Assembly (NCBI GenBank): GCA_012295275.1
Contig: CM022668.1
Coordinates: 4,092,001 to 4,156,000 of the forward strand
Direction: 5' to 3'
Source: Chrysomallon squamiferum
Taxonomy: Eukaryota > Animalia > Mollusca
DNA length: 64,000 nt
Made by a program: the position numbers and the translations under genes. Below are positions 41,701 through 53,883 of the stretch, piece by piece. The stretch's first letter is position 1, and each line of letters begins with the position of its first letter. A model generated the notes under the pieces. The model was not told the origin of the DNA and searched no databases. It saw nothing but the letters and a program-made list of their open reading frames with translations.

Positions 41701-43903
41701 CATTATTTATTTACTTAGTTTTTACTTTCTTTGATTATTAGGTAATTGTTAATGTACTTACTTAGGTTGCTATTTACTTACTTATTATCTTCCCTGCTAA
41801 CTTAGGTCATTAGTTAAGTACTTACTTACATTCTTACTCACATAATTGTTAATGCAATGACTTACATTCTCACTTACTTAGTTACTTGTTTCCTTGCTTA
41901 GTTAGCTCATTATTTACCTAAGTACTGAATTTATTTCTTCCTTAGATAATTGATAATGTACTTACTTGCATTCTCACTAACTTAGTAACTTGGAACCTTG
42001 CTTACTTAGGTCATTATTTACGTACTTAATTAAGTTCTTCCTTAGATAATTGTAAACATACTTACTTGCATTGATTTTCGCTTCCATCCCCAAATTTTTT
42101 CATTTTCTCTTACTTGGTCGCTTCCATCCCAATTTAGATCATTATTTAGTATTTACTTACTTTCTTTCATAGTTAGGTAATTGTTAATGTACTTACTTAG
42201 CACACTATTTACTAACTTACTCGCTTCCTTGCTAATTTAGGACATTAGTTAAGTTCTTACTTACATTCTTACTCACATAATTGTAAATGTACTGACATGC
42301 ATTCTGACTTACTTAGTTACTTGCTTCCTTGCTTACTTAGGTCATTATTTACGTAATTACATGATTTATTTCTTACTTAGATAATTGTAAACATACTTAC
42401 TTGCATTCTCACTAACTTAGTAAGTAGCATCCTTGCTTACTTAGGTGATTATTTACGTACTTAATTACGTTCTTACTTAGGTAATTGTTAATGTACGAAT
42501 TTGCATTTTCTCTTAGTTGCTCGCTTCCTTGCCATATTAGATCATTATTTACGTACTTACTTACTTTCTTTGATTATTAGGTAATTGTTAATGTACTTAC
42601 TTAGGTTGCTATTTACTTACTTATTATCTTCCCTGCTAACTTAGGTCATTAGTTAAGTACTTACTTACATTCTTACTCACATAATTGTTAATGCAATGAC
42701 TTACATTCTCACTTACTTAGTTACTTGTTTCCTTGCTTAGTTAGCTCATTATTTACCTAAGTACTGAATTTATTTCTTCCTTAGATAATTGATAATGTAC
42801 TTACTTGCATTCTCACTAACTTAGTAACTTGGAACCTTGCTTACTTAGGTCATTATTTACGTACTTAATTAAGTTCTTCCTTAGATAATTGTTAATGTAC
42901 AAATTTGCATTTTCTCTTACTTGGTCGCTTCCATCCCAATTTAGATCATTATTTAGTATTTACTTACCTTCTTTCATAGTTAGGTTAATTAATTACTTAA
43001 TTGTTAACTTAACTTATTTATTTACTTACTTACTTAGCTACTAATTTTTTTTTTTAAGTTTTACTAACTTCCTTGCTAATTTAGGACATTAGTTAAGTTC
43101 TTACTTACATTCTTACTCACATAATTGTAAATGTACTGACATGCATTCTGACTTACTTAGTTACTTGTTTCCTTGCTTACTTAGGTCATTATTTACGTAA
43201 TTACATGATTTATTTCTTACTTAGATAATTGTAAACATACTTACTTGCATTCTCACTAACTTAGTAAGTAGCATCCTTGCTTACTTAGGTGATTATTTAC
43301 GTACTTAATTACGTTCTTACTTAGGTAATTGTTAATGTACGAATTTGCATTTTCTCTTAGTTGCTCGCTTCCTTGCCATATTAGATCATTATTTACGTAC
43401 TTACTTACTTTCTTTGATTATTAGGTAATTGTTAATGTACTTACTTAGGTTGCTATTTACTTACTTATTATCTTCCCTGCTAACTTAGGTCATTAGTTAA
43501 GTACTTACTTACATTCTTACTCACATAATTGTTAATGCAATGACTTACATTCTCACTTACTTAGTTACTTGTTTCCTTGCTTAGTTAGCTCATTATTTAC
43601 CTAAGTACTGAATTTATTTCTTCCTTAGATAATTGATAATGTACTTACTTGCATTCTCACTAACTTAGTAACTTGGAACCTTGCTTACTTAGGTCATTAT
43701 TTACGTACTTAATTAAGTTCTTCCTTAGATAATTGTTAATGTACAAATTTGCATTTTCTCTTACTTGGTCGCTTCCATCCCAATTTAGATCATTATTTAG
43801 TATTTACTTACCTTCTTTCATAGTTAGGTAATTGTTAATGTACTTACTTAGCTCACTATTTGTCACTTACTTTGTTTACTATTTACTTACTTATTCGCTT
43901 TCT
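26791..43903 (+). repeat. AT-rich satellite array, 807-bp higher-order repeat (8 x ~100-bp monomers), about 20 HOR copies
   Basis: Marker GGTCGCTTCCATCCC at 28570, 29376, 30184, 30991 (spacing 806-808). Monomer starts (TAATTGT/GA) at 30246, 30346, 30450, 30550, 30650, 30750, 30854, 30954, 31053. Confidence 0.97.
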
Positions 43904-44410
43904 TAAATAAAGTCGTCAGCAGTGTTTATTATCTGTAAATGAATACAAAACTAAAGATTTTTTAACTGAATTTTGTTAGGTTTTATTTTGTTTTAATTAT
44001 TATTATTTTTACATTTTTATTATTTTTTGTTGTTTTCTGTTTTTGTATTTATTTATTTATTTTTTTATTTGTTTATTTATTTTTTTTTTTTTAATTTTAT
44101 TATTATTTTATTTTTATTTTTTGGGAAATTCACAACAGAAATGGAATGTTCTATAGTATCAGTTTCAGTGCACGTGGAACGTGTATGAACGTGTGTACAG
44201 TGAAACCTCCCAAAACTGAACCCGATAAACCGGAATTCTCTCACGATTCCGTGAAATTTGCCAAACAAATCAGAAATGCCTCCAAACAGCAGCCGATGAA
44301 ATTATCCCGTTCCAGTGTGTTCCTCTAATGCAAATTTTACCAGAGGGTCCTGTTTACGTGAATCCTTACTGCATTACCAGTACCGAGTCAGTAGATAATG
44401 CGATTACGTA
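43904..44410 (-). repeat. Inverted repeat, truncated left arm L2
   Basis: Matches 10491-10977 and is the reverse complement of the start of 48374-49594. Confidence 0.9.
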
Positions 44411-45163
44411 TGCGAATACTAGTTGTTTATTAATGATTAAGTGTACACAGTGTAGTTGTATGTTAACTCTTCGTCTAGTTTATAAGTAAATTTTTTTTTA
44501 TTTTATTTATTTATTTATTTTTTTGTATCATTTATATGCTCTTCATGTTTCTAAGGTTAAAAACTCTTTTCTAGTTTTTATTTTTTTAGTATTATTATTA
44601 TTTTTTTAAAGTCCTGAAATATCAATACTAAGTTATTTAAGGTTTGAACATATTATTACATGTCTATTTCATTTCATTTATTTTATTATTAGTTGATGAT
44701 GTTTTAGTTCTTTTGCTAAAATTATCTGTAATTACTTTAAATTTCTTTAACAAAATACACCTATACCCATGACTAAAACAAAAACAAGAAAACGAAAGAA
44801 AATAACTGAATTCTGTAGCCATTAAATATATATATATATATAAAAAATTATTTAAAAAAAGGCTTTTAATAAACTACCTATAAGATACACCTAAAAACTG
44901 ACAAAACGTTTAATTATTATAAAACTTTCTTATTTAATCAGTGATTCGTTATTTCTTATAAAACATCTTTTTTCTCTGCACGTAATTTATTACAAGGTTT
45001 TTTCTATCGTGTTTAAAACTATTTCATTGCGAATCTTGTGTGTTCTTTCCGTTCAATATTCTAATCACCTTCTCAAAATGAGTTAAACAAAACCTACAAC
45101 CCCCCACAAACAATTATAAGTATCTATTATTATTATTGTTATTATTATTATTATTATTATTAT

Positions 45164-45274
<111 letters not shown>

Positions 45275-46970
45275 ATTCTCCAGAAAGACTCGCTGGTTTG
45301 TTTGATAGTAAACTTTGTATTTGAATTAGACAATAAATCAATGCCAGCACTAAAGAGACAATTGTTTATAATTTATCTCTTTTTATTAATCTTCTATTAT
45401 ATAATGTGATTCATTTCTTTTATTTTCTTCTTTTTTTATTTATATACACCTATATAGATATATATTTTTTGTTTTTTCTTTCTTTTTTTATTTTCGTATT
45501 TTAAAGTGTGATTTTAAATAAATGCGTGTGCGAGCCCCGACATGAAATGTTTCTGTTTCACAAAGAAGGGCAATAGGAGGACATATGCAACTAAATTTAT
45601 GCCTATTAGAGTTTGTGTTTGTAAGTGTCTACAGCCTCAGCAAAGAAACAAAATAAGGTAAGCTAAACGGTGTAATTAAAATAAAAAATATAAACAAAGC
45701 AATAAAACTTACATTGAAAGTAAAGTTCTTACCGCTTAGTGAGAAAAGTTACAATAACAAATCACAATAAATGTAGTGTTTTTTTATGTATGTTTTCTCT
45801 TTCTTACTTTTTCTCCTTCCTGGTTTGTGCAAATACACATGTTTAAACAAACAAACAATAAATAAATAAATAAATAATTTAAAACAAATAAAAAAATGTG
45901 TTCTATACTACACGTGCGTGCCATCTGCTCTATCTGTATCTTTACTTCACTGTGGACTGCACGCATATAAAAGACGTGGCGTTCAATAACTGTGTGCACT
46001 GACAGTGTTTCTGTTAAATATCCAAACGTAAATTACAATATTTATAAATACGTCATCTTAGAAAAGCCACATTCATACAGGTAAAGAAGATTATAACTTA
46101 ATAAAACTGCTGAAACGATAACACGTTATATTGTCATATAAAATTAATTTAAATGGTGTATGTGTGTTGTTTAGGGAGTGTATGGTGCGTGTGGTGTTTG
46201 TCATGTCTGTGTGTGTGGTGCGTGTTTTAGTGTGTAGAGTATATTGTGCGTGTGGTGCGTGTGGAGTGTGTGGTGTGTGCGGTCTTTTGTGGTGCGTGTA
46301 TGAATTATCTATGAATTAATGGTATACTGATCATATTATAAGGCAGGTTATTAATCAAAATTATTTATACCTGAAAGTATTTGTGTAAATTTGTAGAAAT
46401 ATAAATTTTGTTTGACAAGATAAATACATGTCATTATTTACAATCATATTACAAAATTAATCATTAGAATCTGTAATAATGTTTGCAGTAGGCACTGGAT
46501 TGGAAAATGGATGACAAATAAAAAATAAATTAATAAAATAAATACATAGCTTAATTTTGTGTGTGTGTGTGTGCGTGTGTCTGTGTATTTGTGATTGTGT
46601 ATGTACATGTGTCCACCAATGCACAACCACTGTAAACACAAAACATAGGGATTCATATATATTTTATTTATACTCATCAATATTCAGTCCATTTCAGAAG
46701 ATTACCTCTATCACACAGTGTGTGTGAGTGCGTGCGTGCGTGCGTGCCTGTGTGTTATGTGTATACAGACAGACAGATCGATAGATCTGACAGATCCTGA
46801 AATCACTATAAATAGTTGCAATATATGATCACTAGATAAGTTTCTATATTTTCAGTCAGTAAACAAAAACAATATAACTTTTTTTAATATTTAATTACCA
46901 GTTTAATCTTAAAACCTCATAGTTCTTATACAAATTGCAGCATGCGTTTGTTTTTAGACAGCACTGTAAT

Positions 46971-47240
46971 CAGTAGCTCGGCCCTCATGCCAGGCGGACA
47001 GCCCGTGGTTAGGGTCCGGGCAGGGGGAGGGTGAGTAGAGCTCACCCGTTTTTATCCTGTCTGCCCCTCTGCCCTAGTCTGCCCCGCCCTAAGACAGCTT
47101 GTGAAGGTACCAGAACCAAGTTGAAACTTTAGTTTCTTGGCAGCATGTTCATATATGTGACATCGTGGGATCGAATCTTGGCGTACGGCGTTTTCGGAGG
47201 TTCTGTTTATCCCGTACGGATAACGTAAGCTTTGGGAGTA
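46971..47240 (-). mobile_element. GC-rich structured element / possible SINE (copy 2)
   Basis: Duplicate of 13592-13860; both hairpins and the B-box-like motif are retained. Confidence 0.35.
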
Positions 47241-47877
47241 CATCTCACATAAAGGACATAAGTCTAATCAATGTTTGTGAACACATATCACTAAAGGGAG
47301 ATAACTTTAATCGATATAATTTTTACTTCGCGGTGAAAATTGTATACGTTATTTATCATGATTAGAGAAAGAAAGATTTGGGTTTCACTACGACTGTAAG
47401 TTTGTATGTTTTCATAAAAATTTCATTTCACTGTAAAAATGTAGTATAAAAATTTCAAATACATGTAAATACTGTTTTTCAGCCTTTTCATACTGATATG
47501 TTATTTAAATTTCACAAATATAATGATTTCTAGAGCGTGATATGTAACATCAATTCAACTGTTTAAAAGTTTAATTAAGTTTGTGTGCATGCGCGTGTCT
47601 GTGTGTTTCATCTAACTTCAAATTATATTTTTTTATTATTGATATTATTGTTAATATTGTGGTTGTAGTATATAATTATAATTATTTTTATTTTTTTTGT
47701 TGTTATTGTTAATATTGCTGTTATAGCTATTGCTTTTGCTGTTGGTTAACTTTGCTTTAGGAAAAATGGTTAATTTTGTGTGAAGAGAAGAATGCGACTT
47801 AGAGAGAGTAAGACAGAGTGAGGGAAAGAGAGTGAGAGACAGATGAGAAAGATACAAAGACAGACAGAGAGAGAAAC

Positions 47878-48012
<135 letters not shown>

Positions 48013-48373
48013 CGAATCGCTATGGGACCAAGTCCAGTTTTGAAGGATGGTCTGTTTACTTAGGTTGCAGTTCTGAGCTAAATTAGTAACAAAAACAACA
48101 ACAACAACAAAAAAAAAGAAAAAAAAAAAAGAAAAAAAGATAAAAGTAAAGAAAAAAAAAAAAAAAAAAAAAAAACCTTTAATGAGAAATCGTGACATGA
48201 AGCTATGAAAAGGAGCTCAGCCAGATTTAAAAGCTAATCTTTGTAACAAAACAGCTGAGAATAAACATGTTTCGTTCAGTTATTTAAACATTACAGCTAT
48301 TAATCCCTCGATCGGTATTTGTCAACTGCAAAGCAATGACACAGAAGCATGCGCACATACGATTAGTTCTGAG

Positions 48374-49594
48374 TACGCAATCGCATTATCAGCTGACTCG
48401 GTACTGGTAATGCAGTAAGGATTCACATAAACAGGACCCTCTGGTAAAATTTGCATTAGAGGAACACATTGGAACGGGATAATTTCATCGGCTGCTGTTT
48501 GGAGGCATTTCTAATTTGTTTTGGCAAATTTAACGGAATCGTGAGAGAATTCCGGTTTATCGGGTTCAGTTTTGGGAGGTTTCACTGTACACACGTTCAT
48601 ACATGTTACACGTGCACTGAAACTGATACTATAGAACATTCCATTTCTGTTGTGAATTTCCCCCCCCAAAAAAAAAATAATAATAATAATAAAAATTAAA
48701 AATTAAAAAAATAAATAAATAAACAAATAAATAAATAAATAAATACAAAAACAGAAAACAACAAAAAATAATAAAAATGTAAAAATAATAATAATTAAAA
48801 CAAAATAAAACCTAACAAAATTCAGTTAAAAAATCTTTAGTTTTGTATTCGTTTACAGATAACAATAAACACTGCTGAGGACTTTATTTATTTATTTATT
48901 TATTATTATTATTATCATTTTTTTAAATATAAAACATATTTTTTTGATAATGTGTTTTTAATGTTCGAAAAACCATTGTTGCATTTAATGAAATCTTTAT
49001 CAGCACGTGCTGAGCGAGTAAGATACACAGGTGTGTTTCTGATTTATTCTGGTGTTTTAGATGTTTCTGGTTGGCGGTTATTTAAGTTAGAACAGGTAAG
49101 TGTATGTGTGTGTGGTGTGTGTGTTTACTTGTGCGTGTGTATGTGTGTGTACTTGTGTCTGTCTGTGTATGTGTGTCAGTGTGTTAGCAGACTGTTATTG
49201 GACTTGTAGCTTTCTGATGCAGTACACTGTTTTATGTATATTTTTTATGAATCTTGCAGGTGAACGTGTTTTTCGCTATGAGCGTGAAACAGCTGACAAA
49301 CGATATTTTATTATTTTTCTCTGTTAGACGTTTGTCACTGAAACTGATATTTTCTGATGTTGAAGAACACGTTTTATTTTTGTATCTGTTTTTTTTTGTT
49401 ATTATTAGTTATTTATTTATTATCTTGAGGTCTTATTTCTATAATATTATTACTATTATTTTAATAATTTATTATTTATTTATTACCATTTGCATTTTTT
49501 TGAACAAGTGAAAAATAGATACAATCGTATGTACGCACGTACGTACATACTTGCTTCCATGTATGGACGCATACATAGATAAATACACAACATT
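48374..49594 (+). repeat. Inverted repeat, right arm R2
   Basis: Direct copy of 15005-16233; reverse complement of 9676-10977. Confidence 0.93.
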
Positions 49595-50587
49595 ATTATC
49601 AAAAATAAATAAATGGTTTATGAATGTTTTTCATTTAATTTGTTAGAATCTAGAGGAAATTAATTCAAATAAATGTATATCTATATCTAAAGCAGAAGAA
49701 GAAAACCGATGATATTATTTGCTTCTTAAATCTAATTTTATCTAACAATGCGACATTATATATTTTCTGTAGTGAGGAGACAGTTTGTGTATTAAAATCA
49801 GATAATGTAATATACATACAGTGAAATTAATTTTATGTAACAATATCTTATAGTAACAGAAAGAGACAGAGTGACGAAGAAAGAATGACAGAGAGAGACA
49901 GAGATAGACGGAGAGAGAGAAAGAGAGACAGAGAGAGAAAGTGAGAGAGAGAGACAGAGAGAGAGAATGAGAGACAGAGATAGACGAAGGAGAAAGAGAA
50001 ACAGAGAGACAGACAGAGATAGAAAGAGAGAGAGACAGGAAGACAGTCAGACAGAGAGAGAGACAGAGAAAGATACCGAGAAAATCAGAGAAAGAAAGAG
50101 AGAGAGGGACAGAGAGAGAGACAGAGAAAGAAAGACAGAGAGATAGACAGAGAGAATAACAGAGAATAACAGAGAGGGAGAAAGAGAGACAGAGAAAAAA
50201 AGAGAGAGAGACAGAGGGAGAGAGACAGGGAGAGAGTCAGAGAGAGAAAGAGAATGAGAGAAAGAGTGATCTAAACCGAGAAAATTCTACGCGCTTATTT
50301 TAATTATTATTTTCTGTATTCTTGGTGGTTTTTATTTTATTATATATTCATAATCTATTTGAACAAGTGCTAAAAAGTACAACAATTTGAATAATTTTAT
50401 CGATGAACTGAGCGATCATCTGCTAGAAACGCAGGAAAACATTTCAACATTCTTCCTGATCTGTAGCGAATAATCAAGGTGTGGTTGGAAGGTTCTTTGG
50501 TTAATTTAAAATTTCAATTTTTTTTTAAAAATTTCGAAGCCAAACAGGTTCTTTCAGTTGTTTGAGTACTGGCTTCAGTGTGCTGAT

Positions 50588-51062
50588 CAGCATCCTCCCT
50601 CTGTTGTATTATTGGCGCCCTGCAAACCGAGCTTCATCTATTTGCAATGCTCTTCATCAGTTCTTACAATTCTCCACGATTGTTAACGGAAACGATTTGG
50701 GTACAAATGTCACGACACATGTTGGACCAATCACATATTGATTCGTTACCTCCACCAGTCAAATCTTGCATGTTCAATAAAATAAAATAAACGTTAATTC
50801 TAAAATTTGGCACAGAGAAAGATTGTAATGGACTTTTTATTTAAATCTGTATAATGGAAAACAAAAACATTTTCGGCGCCAGTTTTGCAACGTAAAGTTG
50901 GCAGGATTTCACCAATTTTTTTTTACTTCGAGCTGCCTTCATTTCTTCACCACAACGATAACCTGGTGCAGCGTTTTCTTCATCATCTACAAGGCCATTC
51001 CTTCGTAAAAATTCAACTGCCTTCGTCTCGTCCCTGATCACGTCGTAAAACGCTTCAGTCAA
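50588..51062 (-). pseudogene. Decayed Merlin (IS1595/ISXO2-like) transposase fragment, copy 2
   Basis: Same motifs and the same in-frame stop in RQ*YNRGR as 17280-17752. Confidence 0.8.
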
Positions 51063-52084
51063 AATCTTAAGAGTTCTTTAGAAACATAAAAGTAAATGAA
51101 TAAGTGGCCTGGAAGTGATATTCTTATAAATGTATCATAATCTTAAAAGTATTATAAACTTTACATGAAAGTTTGAATGTGGTAGAAAACTTTGATGAAA
51201 AATTCGGTAAAATCTACTGACTATTTTCAAAAAACAAACCGCTTTTAAAAAGCATTATCGGAAAGACAAATATTTTATCCTTAAGAAATAACAGAAATGA
51301 AGATTAAAGCAGCCACACATCGGCCCAATCTGAAGGTGACGTCACCAGACCATGGCCATTCTTTTTATAAAATATCGACTGAACCTCCAACTTACTATTT
51401 ATGTGATTAAATCTGGGTTGATGACATGGAAGCCGGTTACGTATTCATTGCCTGATTGTGCCGCTTTGCCTAATAAAATCATCAAAGTTAATTAGGCACA
51501 TAACTTCTCGACATAATGTTAGTTACAGGCTGTATACAGGAGGCCTTCAGCACAAAATCGGGGGAGGTTTTGAGCATTTATTTTCTCACGCCCTAAACGA
51601 TAAATATCTACGGTCACGAGACTTCAATTTTCATTTTTGTTGTTGTGATCTAAAACTAGCAGTCATTTGTGATTATTTATTTTTTGTATATACGTTTTTA
51701 TTACATTTTTAAAAATTATTTATATTATTTTATTATATTTATTATTAATATTCTTCTTCTTCTTATTTTTTTTTTCAAAGAGAAATGATGAACCCCTAAA
51801 AAAATAAAATTTCCGGTTTTCTAATTTATCCCTTCTAAATGTATTTAATCATCTAGATCTTATGAATTTGTTTTATTTCGCAAACTAAGAGATACATGCA
51901 TAAATACTATTTCTACAGCCGGTAGAGGGAGGCCCAATGAGGGTTATTAACCTTAAAATGGAAATATTATAATACTGTTTGCACATGAATTACAACAAGA
52001 CTGAAACAAGGTATAAAATATAATAAAAGATTGTTAAAAATTCAGTCATATATTTTTGTAAATATATCACTTACAGCATTGATA

Positions 52085-52148
<64 letters not shown>

Positions 52149-52560
52149 TGTATTATTATTATTTTAATTTTAATTTTAATTAAATGAATGAATGAATTAA
52201 TTTATTTTATTTATTACTTGTTTTTGGCAGACGCGAATGGTAATTTTGTTAACAGTAACACAAAGAGGAAAACAGATTATAATCAGAACCGAACAGTGAT
52301 TTCGGGCAGGAACATTTATTTTTAAAATCGTCAGTTAAATAAGAAAATAGAAGGCATACGGCTTAATAAAAACATGATTCATTTTTTATTTTTTATTTGT
52401 TCTTTGCATTCACGGAAACATACGATGATCTCCGATTGTTCATTCCTAATGATCTCAAATGTAATTCTCTCTCTCATCATTTTTTCTTTTTTATTTGTTC
52501 TTTGCATTCACGGAAACATACGATGATCTCCGATTGTTCATTCCTAATGATCTCAATATG

Positions 52561-52649
<89 letters not shown>

Positions 52650-53599
52650 TTTTTCAAATAGGGTGATTTAACATGATGGCTGTGTGTCTGTCTGTCTGTG
52701 TGTGTGTGTCTGGTTTCAACTGGCGAGGTGTCTCATGAGACAGATTCTTGTGGAGTCTTTATTCACTATGAGTTTTCGGACCCAGACTGGAAATAGTCAT
52801 GTGAATCTTCTCATAACAGTAGACTTTTCACAAAGTGTATAGAATAAACAATATTACCATTACTGTATCATCTATCTGTCCTTCTGTCCAGTCCTCCATG
52901 TACAAATCTTCTGTCCGTCTATCAGTTCATACAAACATCTAATCCAACCACCTATCTATCCATATATACATGTATAGTTCTTCTCTCTTCAAGCGATTCC
53001 ATTATACATCCATCCATCATACATTCATCATCTCATCAATTTTTCTATTTATCTATCCACTCACGGATGTCTCTGCTCAGCTATCTACACATCCTTTCTG
53101 CAGTCTGTTTCTCTGTAATCTCTTTAAAATAACATTCTTTGTCTTTCTGACCGTCCCATGCCTATTTGACTGTCTAAAATCAACATACACACACCAAACA
53201 CAAGCAAACACACAAACATACGCACACACCAAATGCACACACACACACACATACACAAACACACACACACACACACACATACACATGAGGTGCACAGATA
53301 CTAAGGAAGTTTATTTATCTACATCAGACTTTATACTGAGAAGTGTAGAAAGCGCTCCGCTCAAGTGATGATATTTTATGAGCTATGCAACAGATTTTTC
53401 TGCTAACTAGAGGTGCAACGATGTTGTCAGCCATTTGTTTTGATAAAATAAAATAAAAAAGTGATACAAATAATCAATATGTGTTTTATTACTTTGCTGG
53501 CTTAGAAAACTTTACGCTGAATAATAATAAGCTAAAGATTGTATTTTGAAACGAATTTACGAAGGAGTCAAGTCATACGGATTTTAGAAGGATTTTAGA

Positions 53600-53656
<57 letters not shown>

Positions 53657-53847
53657 TGTGTGTGTCTGTGTATTTGTCTGTGTTACTAGGGTCAGGGGAG
53701 TATTCATTGTCTGCGGTAGTGAACTGAAAATTCAAAAAATATTTCAATTCTCAGGTCGTTGTATGTACTGAAATATGTATCTGAAAAAATCGTTTTAAAA
53801 AAGAAAGTTTATTAAAATTAGCATTTAATAATAATAATAATAATAAC

Positions 53848-53883
<36 letters not shown>

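Noticed and set aside
26791-43903. Frequent TTAGG in the satellite as a telomeric repeat
   Set aside because: TTAGG is never tandem; it arises from ACTTAGGT within the monomer.
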